A program made the position numbers and the translations under genes. Under the pieces are notes generated by a model that had not been told where the DNA came from, searched no databases, and saw only the letters and a list, made by a program, of their open reading frames with translations. Of a DNA stretch of 64,000 nt, positions 26,576 through 39,410 are shown piece after piece. How positions within the stretch are numbered: position 1 is the stretch's first letter; every line of letters begins with the position of its first letter. Origin of the DNA: Octopus sinensis (Eukaryota); assembly GCF_006345805.1 (NCBI RefSeq), contig NC_043000.1, positions 3,100,001 to 3,164,000 of the forward strand. The letters run 5' to 3'.

Positions 26576-28166
26576 TATATATATATCATTATCATATATG
26601 GTAGGACTGTTGAATAAGATCCACTGGGAAAATGAAAAGTTCCTCTCCATGGTAAGCTGCTTGGAGTTCAATTCTTGGCAGCATGAATCTTTTTTCATAT
26701 CCGACCCCTTCGGAGAATCAATTTTGTTTGGAACAAGAACAACTGTATGGTTAAGATATTTGCTTCGGATCTTTTAGTGTGGATTCAATCCCACACTTTG
26801 GCACCTTGAGCAAGTATTTTCTACCATAGACTCTGATCAACCCAAGCTAGTGTGTAATATTGGTCAAGTGGAAACTGTACAGATATCCATCAGACATGAC
26901 TATACTTGCCTTAAGGGAGTAAACTTGACCCATTGCTTAGTTGAAAAGATACACTGCAAACAACACTAGTTTTTAAACAGGTGTAAACAGCCACACACTC
27001 TCATACAGACACACAATCATACACACACACACACACACACGCACACATGATGGGCTTCTGCACAGTTTCCATCTGCTTCATTCCATCCTCTCACAAGTCA
27101 ACATAAGTCCATAGAAGAAAAACACTAACCCTAGGTACCACACAGTGGGATTGAACCTGGGATCACATGTTAGCAAAATGAAATCATTACACAATACACA
27201 GCCATACCCAAACTTTCACTCAATACCGGTTTCAAATTTTGGTACTTTCAGGGGGAGGGGGTCTGTTGATTACATTGACTCCAGTGCTCAACTGGTGGTG
27301 CTTCTTTTATTGACATTGATAGGACCAAAGACTGAGTCAGCCTTGGCGGAATTTGAACTAAGGACAGATGAAATGTGGCTGAGCATTTCGCCCTGTGTGC
27401 TAATGATTCTGCCATCTTATCATCTTACTTTCACTTTATATCACATCGGGAACTGAAAGCAGTGCCAGGTGTGTTTTCTCTAATTGGACTTTCTCACACA
27501 CCTTCTTCACTTATTCTAACTATTTCTCAGTTTGCTTCTCATCTTCTTTCTCTTCTTTCCACCTCTCTCTCTCTCTCTTACTCTCCCCTTACAACACCTA
27601 TTTCACCTACTTTCTTCTCTCTTTCTCTGACTTTTTCCCCCTCTCTCATCATATCTTTTATTCTCTCATAATCCTCTTCTCTCCCATTCTCCATTTCTCC
27701 CTCCCATTATCCTACCAATTCTTATCCCTCTTCTTATTTAAACACTATTCTATCAAATATATATTATCATGATTAAGAATCAGTATTTATATTGAGTCTA
27801 TATTTAGTGTAGAAAATATAAAAATATTATTGTGATTGATTCTCCATTGCACAAAATAGTTCAATGAAGACATTAGATTTACTTAAAAGCTGGTTTTTTT
27901 TAACTGATGATTATATCTAACTGAACATATTCTGGTTAGTTGTTAGTAAGTACATCAAACTGTCTACTAGCTAATTAAATTGATTCAATTAAAAAAGAAA
28001 ACAGTGATTAATGACATCAGTTTAGTCAAGAATAATTAACTAGAGAGCGTTTCCTTTCATTGTTTCAAGGTCCATAAAATAAAGTGCCAGCCAAGTACTG
28101 AGGTTTATTTAATTGCTAACCTCTGTCCCTAAAATATCTGGTCTTGTGCTTATATCAGAAACAATT

Positions 28167-28584
28167 AAGGTGGTGAGTTAGCAAAAATGTTAGCACACCA
28201 GGTGAAATGCTTAGCAGTATTTTGTCTGCCGTTACGTTGTGAGTTCAAATTCTGCCGAGGTCGACTTTGCCTTTAATCCTTTCGGGGTCGATTAAATAAG
28301 TACCAGTTATGCACTGGGGTCAATGTAATCGATTTAATCCGTTTGTCTGTCCTTGTTTGTCCTCTCTGTGTTTAGCCCCTTGTGGGTAGTAAAGAAATAG
28401 GTATTTCGTCTGCCCCTATGTTCTGAGTTCAAATTCCGCTGAGGTCGACTTTGCCTTTCATCTTTTCGGGGTCGATTAAATAAGTACCAGTTATGCACTG
28501 GGGTCGATATAATCGACTTAATCCGTTTGTCTGTCCTTGTTTGTCCTCTCTGTGTTTAGCCCCTTGTGGGTAGTAAAGAAATAG
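28167..28584 (+). mobile_element. SINE B1 head-to-tail dimer (184-bp repeat unit)
   Basis: aaagaaatag ends at 28400 and 28584; junction gaaata|ggtatttcgtc. Confidence 0.88.
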
Positions 28585-29085
28585 GTATGTGAACTCTGAA
28601 CATAAAGTTTGAATAAACATCACTAAGCATTTTATCCAGAGTGGTTACAATCCTGTCAGTTGGCTAATATTGCAACTCTCAAAGGTCCCTTACAATGTTC
28701 TTAGAGATGTTACCACAATTATTTTCATGCTGTTATAACTCTTGGTGATGCTGTTCCATTGGTAATGTTGTAGTTGTTGCTGTTATATTTCTATTTTGTG
28801 TTTACTGGTGTTTATGTTAATGGAGGGGTGTACTTGCTTCTCTTTGCTTCAAGGCAGAAAAACCCTGAAATATTTTATGCTCCATCAGTTGGTATACTTC
28901 AAGCCCCTGTCTTCTTCTCCACCAAAACACAAACTTACACCATACTCTTGAACCAGTTGGCATCTAGGACCCTTACCAGGTCTGCAAATTTGTTGGAGAC
29001 AATAGCTTGAAAATTATCCCCAGTGATTGAAGATGGTCTGGTATTGATCTCTGTGCCATACTCATCTGGAAGGGTTATTCAACTT

Positions 29086-29393
29086 TTTTTTTTGCCCTTT
29101 TCAAGCCTAGCCAGGCTCATGGGCCCAGTTTCCTGGTTTCTGTGACGTATGTGTTACCCCCAGCTGGACGGGATGCCAGTCCATCGCAGCGTTACTCAAG
29201 AAACAGGAAGAGAGACTGATAGAAAGTTGTGGTGAAAGAGTACAACAGGGGTCGCCACCACCCCCTGCCACAGCCTCGTGGAGCTTTTAGGTGTTTTCGC
29301 TCAATAAACACACACAACACTCGGTCTGGGAATCGAAACCACGATCCTCCGACCGCGAGTCTGCTGTCCTAACCACTGGGCCATTGCGCCTCC
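29086..29393 (-). mobile_element. SINE family C copy
   Basis: TSD GTTATTCAACTT at 29074-29085 and 29394-29405. Confidence 0.85.
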
Positions 29394-30144
29394 GTTATTC
29401 AACTTGGTTCCACAATATTCCTTTCATACTTCTGGTGTTTAGCCATCAATTGTTAAGGTTCCAATTTTTATTTTCAACCAGCATCCAGAATTAAACATTT
29501 TTTTCTTCTGTTTTTAAGGAAAATTTGTAACTGTTTTATTAATCCATGTCATCAATGAGGTTGGGAAAGGCTATGAAAGGACTTTGATTAACCAAACAGA
29601 TTAATTGATTAACTGAATGATTAACCAAACAATCAATTAATTAATTGGTTACATGGCCAACCAATTGACTAATAATAATAAAGAAGTGAAATAGCAACAG
29701 TGTGTGTTTATTATTGATATAATGACCCTCCAAAGATACTACAAAATTTATAACTCTTGTAATTTATATTATTAGCAGTGATGTTATTTAAGTTGTTTTT
29801 GTTGTTCTTATTGTAGTTGTTGATACTTCTGTTGGTGGTTTTGTATTTCACATCTGCTTCTGATACCAGTGGCTGCAATAGCCTAAGCAATATTGATGTC
29901 TGGTGATGGCGGCGGTGGTGGTGGTGGTATTGGTATTGGTATTGGTGGCAGTGGTATTGTTGGTGGCAGTAGTGGTGTTGTTGGCAGTGGTGGTAGTGGT
30001 AGTGGTGGTGGTGGTGGTAGTGGTGGTGGTGCTAGCGAAGTTGTCATTTGTTGACATCCCAATCTCTTGCAACCATTTTATTCCTATGCTACACATTGTA
30101 ACCACCATCTTCAACATCACTGACGCTGCTGCTGCTGTTGTTGT

Positions 30145-30735
30145 TGTTAAGCAGCAAGACGGGTAAGGGTGATTAGGTGATGGTCTAGGGCTTAGGGGCA
30201 GGAGACCCCAGACCTTGGGAAGAAAAAAACTTTGGTCGTCTTGTTGTAGTCGAGGGCTCTTCGTTGACGCCCGACACCACTGGGAGGTGGCCCTCGAAGT
30301 CGCTGGAAATGGAGATCTCCAGGTCCAAATTCTTGAACGGCTGCTGCTGCTACTGCTACTGCTTTTGTTTGTTTGTTTGTTTCTTGAGAGTCTCAGGACT
30401 GTCTGCAGTCCGAAATGTGTTCCTTTGCTATTCGTAAGACCCGCAGAAGAGAAAGCAGGTCAACCCCCGACACCGAGAGCATCGACGGATGGATGAATGC
30501 GCATCCAGGCTCAGCGGTTGTGTAGGAAGTCGGGGACAAGAAAGAGGAAGAAAGAGTGAGAGAATGTTGGAGCGAAAGAGTACAACAGGGGGTCGCTGCC
30601 CTCACCCCCTGCCGGAGCCTCGTGGAGCTTTAGGTGTTTTCGCTCAATAAACACACACAACGCCCGGTCTGGGAATGGAAACCGTGATCCTCCAACCGTG
30701 AGTCCGCAGCCCTAACCACTAGACGATTGCGCCTC
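30145..30735 (-). mobile_element. SINE family C variant with a long GC-rich tail; a second copy lies at 63672-64000
   Basis: About 300 bp shared with 63700-64000 (ctttgctattcgtaagacccgcagaag...gaccgggcgttgtg). Confidence 0.75.
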
Positions 30736-31494
30736 CTGCTGCTGCTGCTGCTGCTGGCGGTGGCGGCAGTGGCGGTAGTGGTGATGGGGGTGGGGGTGGA
30801 GAGGCTGACAGTCGTAATGTCTTTGCCACCTCCACAGACTGCTGGAATAAGTGGGAAAAGTCACAGATTTCCTCCCCCCCACCTCAGCTTTACCGAAGGA
30901 GGTGTCCATGTCACATCTCTGCCTTCCTAATGTGATTTCCCCTTCTTTTTACTCTCTTGGACATCAGTATCAATAAAACAATGTCATGCCAGAATTTTTG
31001 TTTTCCTTTTTTCCATATTAATTTCCATTGACTAAAAATGTGTGGCCCCCCATGGGAACTGAAAGAGTTGACCAATTAGTGTGTTACGCTGCTGGTTAGT
31101 TCCACAACAAAGCAGAGCACATTAATAGAAAACACAACTAGTTGGACTGGGAAAAGACGATAACAATTATAACAATCTCACTGAATATTACCAAAACAAC
31201 TTAATGCTCATAACGATGATGGTGATGATGATGATACTTTCTTTTATTTGCTATAAGGATGTCAGATGAAGAAGACATTACAATAATAATAATCATCATC
31301 ATCATCATCGTTTAACGTCCGTTTTCCGTGCTAGCATGGGTTGGACAGTTCGACCGGGGTCTGGGAAGCCAGGAAGCTGCACCAAGCTCCAGTCTGATCT
31401 GGCAATGTTTCTACAGCTGGATGCCCTTCCTAACGCCAACCACTCCACGAGTGTAGTGGGTGCTTTATACGTGCCCCCGGCAATAATAATAGTA

Positions 31495-31533
<39 letters not shown>

Positions 31534-31559
31534 TAATAATAATAATGATAATAATAATA

Positions 31560-31595
<36 letters not shown>

Positions 31596-31639
31596 CTACT
31601 ACTACTAATAATAATAATAATAGCAGCAGCAGCAGCAGT

Positions 31640-31690
<51 letters not shown>

Positions 31691-31691
<1 letters not shown>

Positions 31692-32249
31692 ATATGCCCT
31701 GATGCAGTACCAGGCAGTGGCTTTCATGGCTTCTGATCTTAACTGATTGGAAGTGTTATCATGTACATTGTTTTGACTAAGTATAAAAGATGGGCTACAG
31801 CAAATATTCTGCTCAATACCACAGATTTGCTTGTCAGTTGTTTGACCTTAACCAGTTGAGCATGTCCTTTGGTTGTTGACGATATGTGCATCTCTGATCA
31901 CGAACAGACATAGTGGGGGAACATCATAGCTACGTGTTGAAAGGAATTCTTGGAGGTTTGGATAATTCACCTTTGGAAACATGGGTGGTTCGTTCAACAT
32001 CCTTAAACAATCCTTATTCAGGGACCTTTTGAGCAGGATGGGCTACTCAACCTGAAGAAAATTCTAACCGGGCCCCACCTGCAAGATCATGTGCTGTTTA
32101 TCTTGATTTGAGATCACCATGTCACGCACATATGGTTGTGATGCATGTGCCTGGTGTACCCTTATCAGACGGGTAGTCATGATGGGTATAGTGGGCTTCG
32201 TATATTTTACCCCAGTGTCACTTTGATGGCATGCACTGCTCTCTCACTC

Positions 32250-32250
<1 letters not shown>
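31691..32250 (+). mobile_element. About 560-bp non-coding element flanked on both sides by triplet or (TAA)n microsatellite
   Basis: Complex sequence atgccctgatgcagtacc...ctctctcactc sharply bounded by simple repeats; I recall it as a recurrent octopus repeat. Strand is inferred. Confidence 0.55.
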
Positions 32251-32302
<52 letters not shown>

Positions 32303-32306
32303 TAAT

Positions 32307-33006
32307 TTGATGAAACAATAGACCATCTCGTTTCGGGATGTCCTGTGCTGACACCAAACGAATACAAAAATCACCACGATAGGGTAGGACAGTATATACA
32401 TTGGAAGATATGTAAATACTACAAATTCAACACTCCTGCTAACTGGTATGAACATCATCCTCAGCCAGTTGTTGAAGGTAAAAATGTCACCATCCTCTGG
32501 GATTTTCTAGTCAACACTGACAGAATGGTCAAGGCTAATCGACCAGACATAATTGTTAAAGACAGGGAAGAAAATACCTGCAGACTAATAGAGGTAAGCG
32601 TCCCCACTGATAACAATATATCTGTAAAGGAATTTGACAAACTTAGTAAACATAAGGACCTGGAAATCGAAATACAAAAGATGTGGAATCTTAAAACAAA
32701 AACTGTTCCTGTTATTGTAGGTGCCCTAGGTATGATAAAAAAGGGATGTCAGAAACACCTAGACAATATCTCTGGAGAACCATGTCTCAAGGAAATCCCA
32801 AAGATTGTGCTAACAAGTACTGCCCACATCCTTAGAAAAACCCTATCAATGTAAATGTTTGTGTTTGTATTACATGGAGATATTTCTTTACTTCCCCTCC
32901 CCAAGCTTTCAGCTATATTTCAACAACTCTTAACCTTCACTTGCCCTAGGGCGCTGGGTGTGCCCCGGCAGGTGATTGCATCAAACATGCAGATTAAAAG
33001 TAAATG
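32307..33006 (+). mobile_element. 5'-truncated R4/Dong-clade retrotransposon (CCHC knuckle, REL nuclease, 3' UTR) between (TAA)n tracts
   Basis: TIDHLVSGC, HDRVGQYIHW, KANRPDIIV..LIEVSVP..KE..K..K..DL; ORF 32345-32854. Confidence 0.9.
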
Positions 33007-33008
33007 AC

Positions 33009-33055
<47 letters not shown>

Positions 33056-33062
33056 CAATAAC

Positions 33063-33112
<50 letters not shown>

Positions 33113-33130
33113 TAACAATAATAATAATAA

Positions 33131-36100
33131 GGAGACACCGGGGACGTTTAAGATGTAAGAAGGAAAATACAGAGCTCCGAAATCTATCCACAAACATCGA
33201 AAACAAGGACACCCTATGGAGCCAAAGATTTACTAACAAAGAATTGGACTATATCCGAGTAAGTAATACTAATTGAAATTTATTACTATTTTTGAAACGA
33301 AATGATGTATTTTGACTCGATATTATCTCCACCTCTAACTCAACACATGTAAACATGCGTGGAACAACACGATCATCCCCGACCTCAAACACCATGTACA
33401 AAGGAACTACGAAGAAATTAAATGCCACCGATACTATTCAACCCAAGAATAACAATCGAGCGGTACGTACATTAAACCTACAACAAAAAATGTACGAAAA
33501 ACTACACGTGCGAAATAATGTGACAACAGAAATAATGGACGGTACCCTACGAAAATGACGACCGTCAAAATAATGGGCTGGACGTTGTACCTCATGTCCC
33601 GCAATTAAAACCCAAAAGACGTAAATGGACACGTGAGGAATACATTCTATCTTACACGCATACTTCACAGCAATGCTCTACCCACAAATGAAAATACAAC
33701 AACACATACATATAAAATATGGAAGGAAAATAATAGAGATATAGACTTGGATACAGCAATGAACCCTAATAAATTAGCTAACGTACGAAGATACATTCTC
33801 AACACAAAAAAATATCAGAAATAGAAATAGAACACCTAAAAGAAAACATACACCAGGAAAATGTAGATAGAAGCCACACAACAATGCCCAATAATATAAA
33901 CACTGAAACTGTAAAACACGAAGACAAACGCAACATTCCCAACAAACACGATGTAAACAACGAAGGGGAGCCTAATGATTATGATAATAAAAAAAAAATA
34001 ATCAAAGAACTGAAAACCACAGAGCCCAAAATGGACCACCGACCATACCTCCCAAGAATAAAAATAAACGCAATAACAACACCAATTATAAACAACATAA
34101 ACCTAGCCGTCACTGAACTAGCCACTGAAACAAAAAAAAGTGATATCACTGAACTAAATGACTTGATATACGCAGCAGCCACTGCAGCCACAAAAGAAGC
34201 TGGATACTCACCCAACCCGCCCAAACAGGAGTACCACCACCCAAACAAACCTGTGGATAAATAACATCCAAAACAAAATTTAAAAAATTAGAAAAGACCT
34301 GTCGATTCTTAATGAAATCAGCAAACAAGCAACGCTACTAGCAACAAAAAAGAACAAAAATGCTCTGCAAATATAACATCACAAAAATGATTTGCCGGAG
34401 ATAAAAGAAAAGCTGAAGCAAGATATCCTTGCCAAAGCTCAAAGGATCCGCCGGTACGAGAAACGCCAACGCTTCTTTGAACAGAACAAAAAGTTCAACT
34501 CCGACCCCAAAAAGTTCTACCAAGAACTGGGCAAAAATAAAAAGAAGTCACTGCAGCACCAACGGCAGAAGAATTGGAAGAATTCTGGAGAGAAATATGG
34601 TCGGCGAACGAACAGTCAAAAAAAAAGGAGTATGAAATAACAAACTCGCATCTGAACAACTTTGGACCCCCATAACAACTGAAGAGGTCACCCAGGCACT
34701 GCAAAAACTAAGCAACTGGAAGGCACCTGGCATGACAAGATCCCCAACTTCTGGTTGAAATATCTAACAGGAATGCACAAAAAGCTGGCTGAAAACTTTA
34801 ACAGCATACTAGCAGAGCCAGAGACAATGCCTGAATGGCTCACGAAGGGGAAAACCATCTTAATTCCCAAATCAAATGAAACAACAAAACCAGAAAACTA
34901 CAGACCAATAACCTGCCTCCCTACTATGTTCAAGGCATTTACTGCAGTGATATCGCAAAGGCTGAACAAGCACCTGGACGAAAACAAACTGTTCCCAGAA
35001 GAGCAGAAAGGATGCGCAAAGGCTCATATGGCTGTAAAGATCAACTAATGATTAATAAAGCCGTAACTGAAGACAGCCACAGAAAGAAGAAAGGCCTCAG
35101 TATGGCCTGGATTGACTACAAAAAGGCGTTTGATAGCATCCCCCACACATGGATCCTCGAAACACTAGCCATTAACAAAGTAGCACCAACAATCATAAAA
35201 TTCATAGAGCACTCTATGAATAAATGGCAAACAGTCCTACACCTCCAAACAAAAGAGGGACTCATGAAAACCAAAGACATCCCCATTAGAAGAGGAATAT
35301 TCCAGGGAGACACGCTCTCTCCACTCCTTTTCTGCTTGGCACTGTCACCTCTATCTGATATGCTAAATAGAACTGGATGCGGATATAAATGTTACGGCAA
35401 AACGATCAGCCACCTTTTATATATGGATGACCTAAAACTATACGCTGCAAATGACAAACAGCTGGAAACACTATTAAAGACAGTTCATGGATTTACCAAA
35501 GAAATAGATATGAAATTTGGATTAGAAAAATGCGCCAAAGTAACCATGAAAAGAGGAAAACTAGTTAAGAGTAACAACATCACACTAGATAAAACCAATG
35601 AAATAAAAGAATTAGACCAAAGCCAAACTTACAAATACTTAGGAATCCATGAACTAGATAAGACACAACACACACAAATGAAAGAGAAAATAAAAAAAGA
35701 ATATTATAGACGAGTTAGATCAATACTAAAAACAGAGCTCAATGCTAAAAACAAGATAATAGGTATCAACACTTTAGCTGTCCCAGTTATAAGTTACAGC
35801 TACAATATCCTTAACTGGACACGAAATGAACTGTCCAAAATAGATAGGAAAACAAGAAAAATACTGACAGGATCTAGGATGCATCACCCAAAATCTGACA
35901 TAGAAAGACTATATATACACGTATAGAAGGTGGTAGAGGCCTTATACAGCTGGAAAACTACTATAAATAAACCACCATAGGACTGCAAAAATACCTACTT
36001 CAGAAGGAAGGAAAACTGATCCAGATAGCAGCAAAACACGAGCAAAACAAAAAACTGTTCTCAGTATTTAAGGAAGCTGACAAATACAAACAAGAAATCA

Positions 36101-37076
36101 TACCACCTAATAAACACAAGAAGAAGAAGAAGATGATGAGAAACAACAAAAGCTATAAAACAAATGAAATCCAAACTAAAAATAGAACAGCAACGAGCCA
36201 TGATAAAACGATGGCAGAAAAGCCCCTTCATGGTAAATACTGCACTAAACTAAACGCAAAAGAAATAGACAAAGAAAAATCCCAGCAATGGTTGAGAAGC
36301 TCAGGACTCAAAGCAGAAACAGAGGGATTTTTAATTGCAGCACAAGACCAAAGCCTCCCCACCAGAAATTACCAAAAATATGTAATGAAAAGAAATATTA
36401 CAAGTAACTGCAGATATGTGGAGATGGACAAGAAACATAAATCATATTATCTCTAGCTGCCCAGTCCTGGCTAAGAAGGAATATATTCACAGACATGACA
36501 GAGTTGAACCTACATACATTGGAAGCTATACCAACATTATGGAATAACAACAGAAAAAAGATGGTATAAGCACACACCAGAAAAGGTCACAGAAAACGAG
36601 AAAGCAACCATACTCTGGGATATGCCGATACACACAGATAGAGAAATTAAGGCCAGATATAGTTATTCCAGATATAGTTGTCAGAGATCATGAAGAAAAA
36701 AAATGCTTTCTAATTGATGTATCAATACCGGCAGATGACAACGTGTCTCTAAAAGAAATGGAGAAACTCTCAAAATACAAAGACCTGGAAATAGAGATAA
36801 TTAGAATGTGGAATCTGAAAACAGAAACAATTCTTATCATAGTAGGTGCATTAGGCATGATAAAAAAATATTCAGACAAATACATAACAAAAACACCAGG
36901 ACTTACAAACACATATAACATACAGAAAATTGCACTACTAGGCACTGCACACATCCTACGCAGAACACTTTCCATACAATAACCATCAGAGCATCACAAC
37001 AAATCACAGCACATACCCAAGGCACACAGAGCTGCGCTCGGTAGTGAAGTGAAAGCACGCTATAAAAATAAAACTA

Positions 37077-37079
<3 letters not shown>
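33131..37079 (+). mobile_element. Near full-length R4/Dong-clade non-LTR retrotransposon (RT, CCHC, REL endonuclease) inserted in (TAA)n
   Basis: RRKWTREE N-terminus, YRPITCLPT, DYKKAFDS, RGIFQGDTLSPLLF, LLYMDDLKLY, FLIAAQDQ, PDIVV..LIDVSIP..KE.EK..KYKDL. (AAT)n on both sides (33007-33130, 37080-37135). ORF split by 1-bp deletions. Confidence 0.95.
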
Positions 37080-37135
<56 letters not shown>

Positions 37136-38127
37136 TATTATTATTATTAATGATAACATCTGATTGTAAAATAAATAATGGAAACCATATATATTACACA
37201 TGAGTGGGTGCTAAAAAGCTCCTGACTTTAATTATATTGTCAAAGGTCTGGTTGAAGGCCCAACCTTCTGACCTCTTTTACAGGGTTTTGAAAACTGAAG
37301 AACTGCTGCATAAGTGTGTGAATCTGAGAAGGGAATATGTTGAATAAAATTGTAATTAATTTATCCCCCTGTATTTTCTTTTACACAAAGCCAGGAACTT
37401 TTCAGTACACCTGCAAATACTATTGAAAATTGATAAAAACTACTGAAGTGAATATAATATTATATGTCGGCTTTTAAATAGTTATTATAAGACTACCATA
37501 CTAAAATTGTTTTAGTTTCCACGTTCATAATCAGAGATTAAATCTGTTGCCAAACAAGCGTAGTACAGAAATGATATTAAGCAAATTTATTAAATCCTTA
37601 TTTGGTGGCCTGTGTGAGTGTGTGCTAAATCTATCACACACTGAATATACATAGAATCTGAAGTATATATATATATATATCTATAGAGACAGTAATATAT
37701 TCAGCATCTGTTGAGCTTAGATGACTTAAGATTTATAATGCATTAAGATTTGGCTTGGATATAAGTGGAAGATACTACCACCACCACCACCACCAAAACC
37801 ACCACCACCACTACCACTGGTTTAACATCCACTTTTCCATGTTTACATGGGTCGAATGGTATTTGTCGAGGCTAGTTTTGTACGGCTGGAAGCCCTTCCT
37901 GTTGTTTACCCTCGCATGTTTCCAACCTAGGTAATATTACCCCATGGCCAGACATGTTTACACAAAAGACTCGAAATGGACGCCTCTTATTTGATGTTGA
38001 CACTCATTTACAACTATCACTTACTGTCAAGGCAAGGACACAGTAACACACACACACACACAGTAACACACACACACACATACATATATATATCAATCAT
38101 CATCCTCATTATCATCATTTAACATCT

Positions 38128-38543
38128 TATTTCTTTATTGCCCACAAGGGGGCTAAACATAGAGGGAACAAACAAGGACAGACAAACGGATTAAGTCGAT
38201 TACATCGACCCCAGTGCATAACTGGTATTTAATTTATCGACCTCGAAAGGATGAAAGGCAAAGTCGACTTTGGCAGAATCTGAACTCAGAACGTAGCAGC
38301 GGACGAAATACCTATTTCTTTACTACCCACAAGGAGCTAAACACAGAGGGGACTAACAAGGACAGACAAATGGATTAAGTCAATTATATCGACCCCCAGT
38401 GCGTAACTGGTACTTATTTAATTGACCCCGAAAGGATGAAAGGCAAAGTCGACCTCAGCAGAATTTGAACTCAGAATGTAACGGCAGATGAAATACTGCT
38501 AAGCATTTCGCCCAGCATGCAAACGTTTCTGCCAGCTCACCGC
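38128..38543 (-). mobile_element. SINE B1 dimer nested in a family D tail
   Basis: Junction gacgaaatacctatttctttac near 38310; catcatttaacat duplicated on both flanks. Confidence 0.82.
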
Positions 38544-38789
38544 ATCATTTAACATTTGCTTTCCACTCTTCCATGGGTTGGATGGTTTGACTGGAACTGG
38601 TAAGCCAGAGAGCTGCACCAGGTTCCAGTCTGACTTGACATGAGTTCTATGGTTGGATGCCCTTCCTAACACCAACTACTCAAAAGTGTAATGGGTCTTT
38701 TTGCATGACACTGGCACTGGCCATGACTATGATTTCACTTGGCTTGATGAGTCTTTTCAAGCACTGCATATATATATATATTAGAACAT

Positions 38790-39410
38790 TGGGCCTCATG
38801 GAGGCAAAGGTGCTGAGTTCATTTCGGGTGTTGGGTTTCATGGAGGCAAAGTGGCTGAGTTCCTTTTAAGTGTTGGGTTTCATGGAGGCAAAGGTGCTGA
38901 GTTCATTTCGGGTGTTGGGTTTCATGGAGGCAAAGTGGCTGAGTTCCTTTTAAGTGTTGGGTTTCATGGAGGCAAAGTGGCTGAGTTCCTTTTGAGTGTT
39001 GGGTTTCATGGAGGCAAAGTGGCTGAGTTCCTTTTAAGTGTTGGGTTTCATGGAGGCAAAGTGGCTGAGTTCCTTTTAAGTGTTGGGTTTCATGGAGGCA
39101 AAGTGGCTGAGTTCCTTTTAAGTGTGGGTTTCATGGAGGCAAAGTGGCTGAGTCCTTTTGAGTGTTGGGTTTCATGGAGGCAAAGTGGCTGAGTTCCTTT
39201 TAAGTGTTGGGTTTCATGGAGGCAAAGTGGCTGAGTTCCTTTTGAGTGTTGGGTTTCATGGAGGCAAAGTGGCTGAGTTCCTTTTAAGTGTTGGGTTTCA
39301 TGGAGGCAAAGTGGCTGAGTTCCTTTTGAGTGTTGGGTTTCATGGAGGCAAAGTGGCTGAGTTCCTTTTAAGTGTTGGGTTTCATGGAGGCAAAGTGGCT
39401 GAGTTCCTTT
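38790..39410. repeat. 42-bp minisatellite, about 15 copies
   Basis: Unit gtgttgggtttcatggaggcaaagtggctgagttccttttaa; CATGGAGGC at 38797, 38839, 38881, 38923 through 39383. Confidence 0.95.

Noticed and set aside
30385-30425. Hammerhead-like GGACTG-TCTG-CAGTCC-GAAA hairpin, and a similar GTCCGAAACGT at about 63697
   Set aside because: No CUGANGA core or stem I at the required positions, and the two copies disagree upstream.
30420-30520. HDV-like ribozyme in the GC-rich SINE C tail (minus strand CGAAU motif)
   Set aside because: Could not build P1, P3 or P1.1; only a simple hairpin is supported.
38790-39410. CRISPR-like array or repetitive protein gene (AEFLLSVGFHGGKV)n
   Set aside because: Contiguous units with no unique spacers, eukaryotic context, and derived from a SINE module; the open frame follows from the 42-bp unit length.
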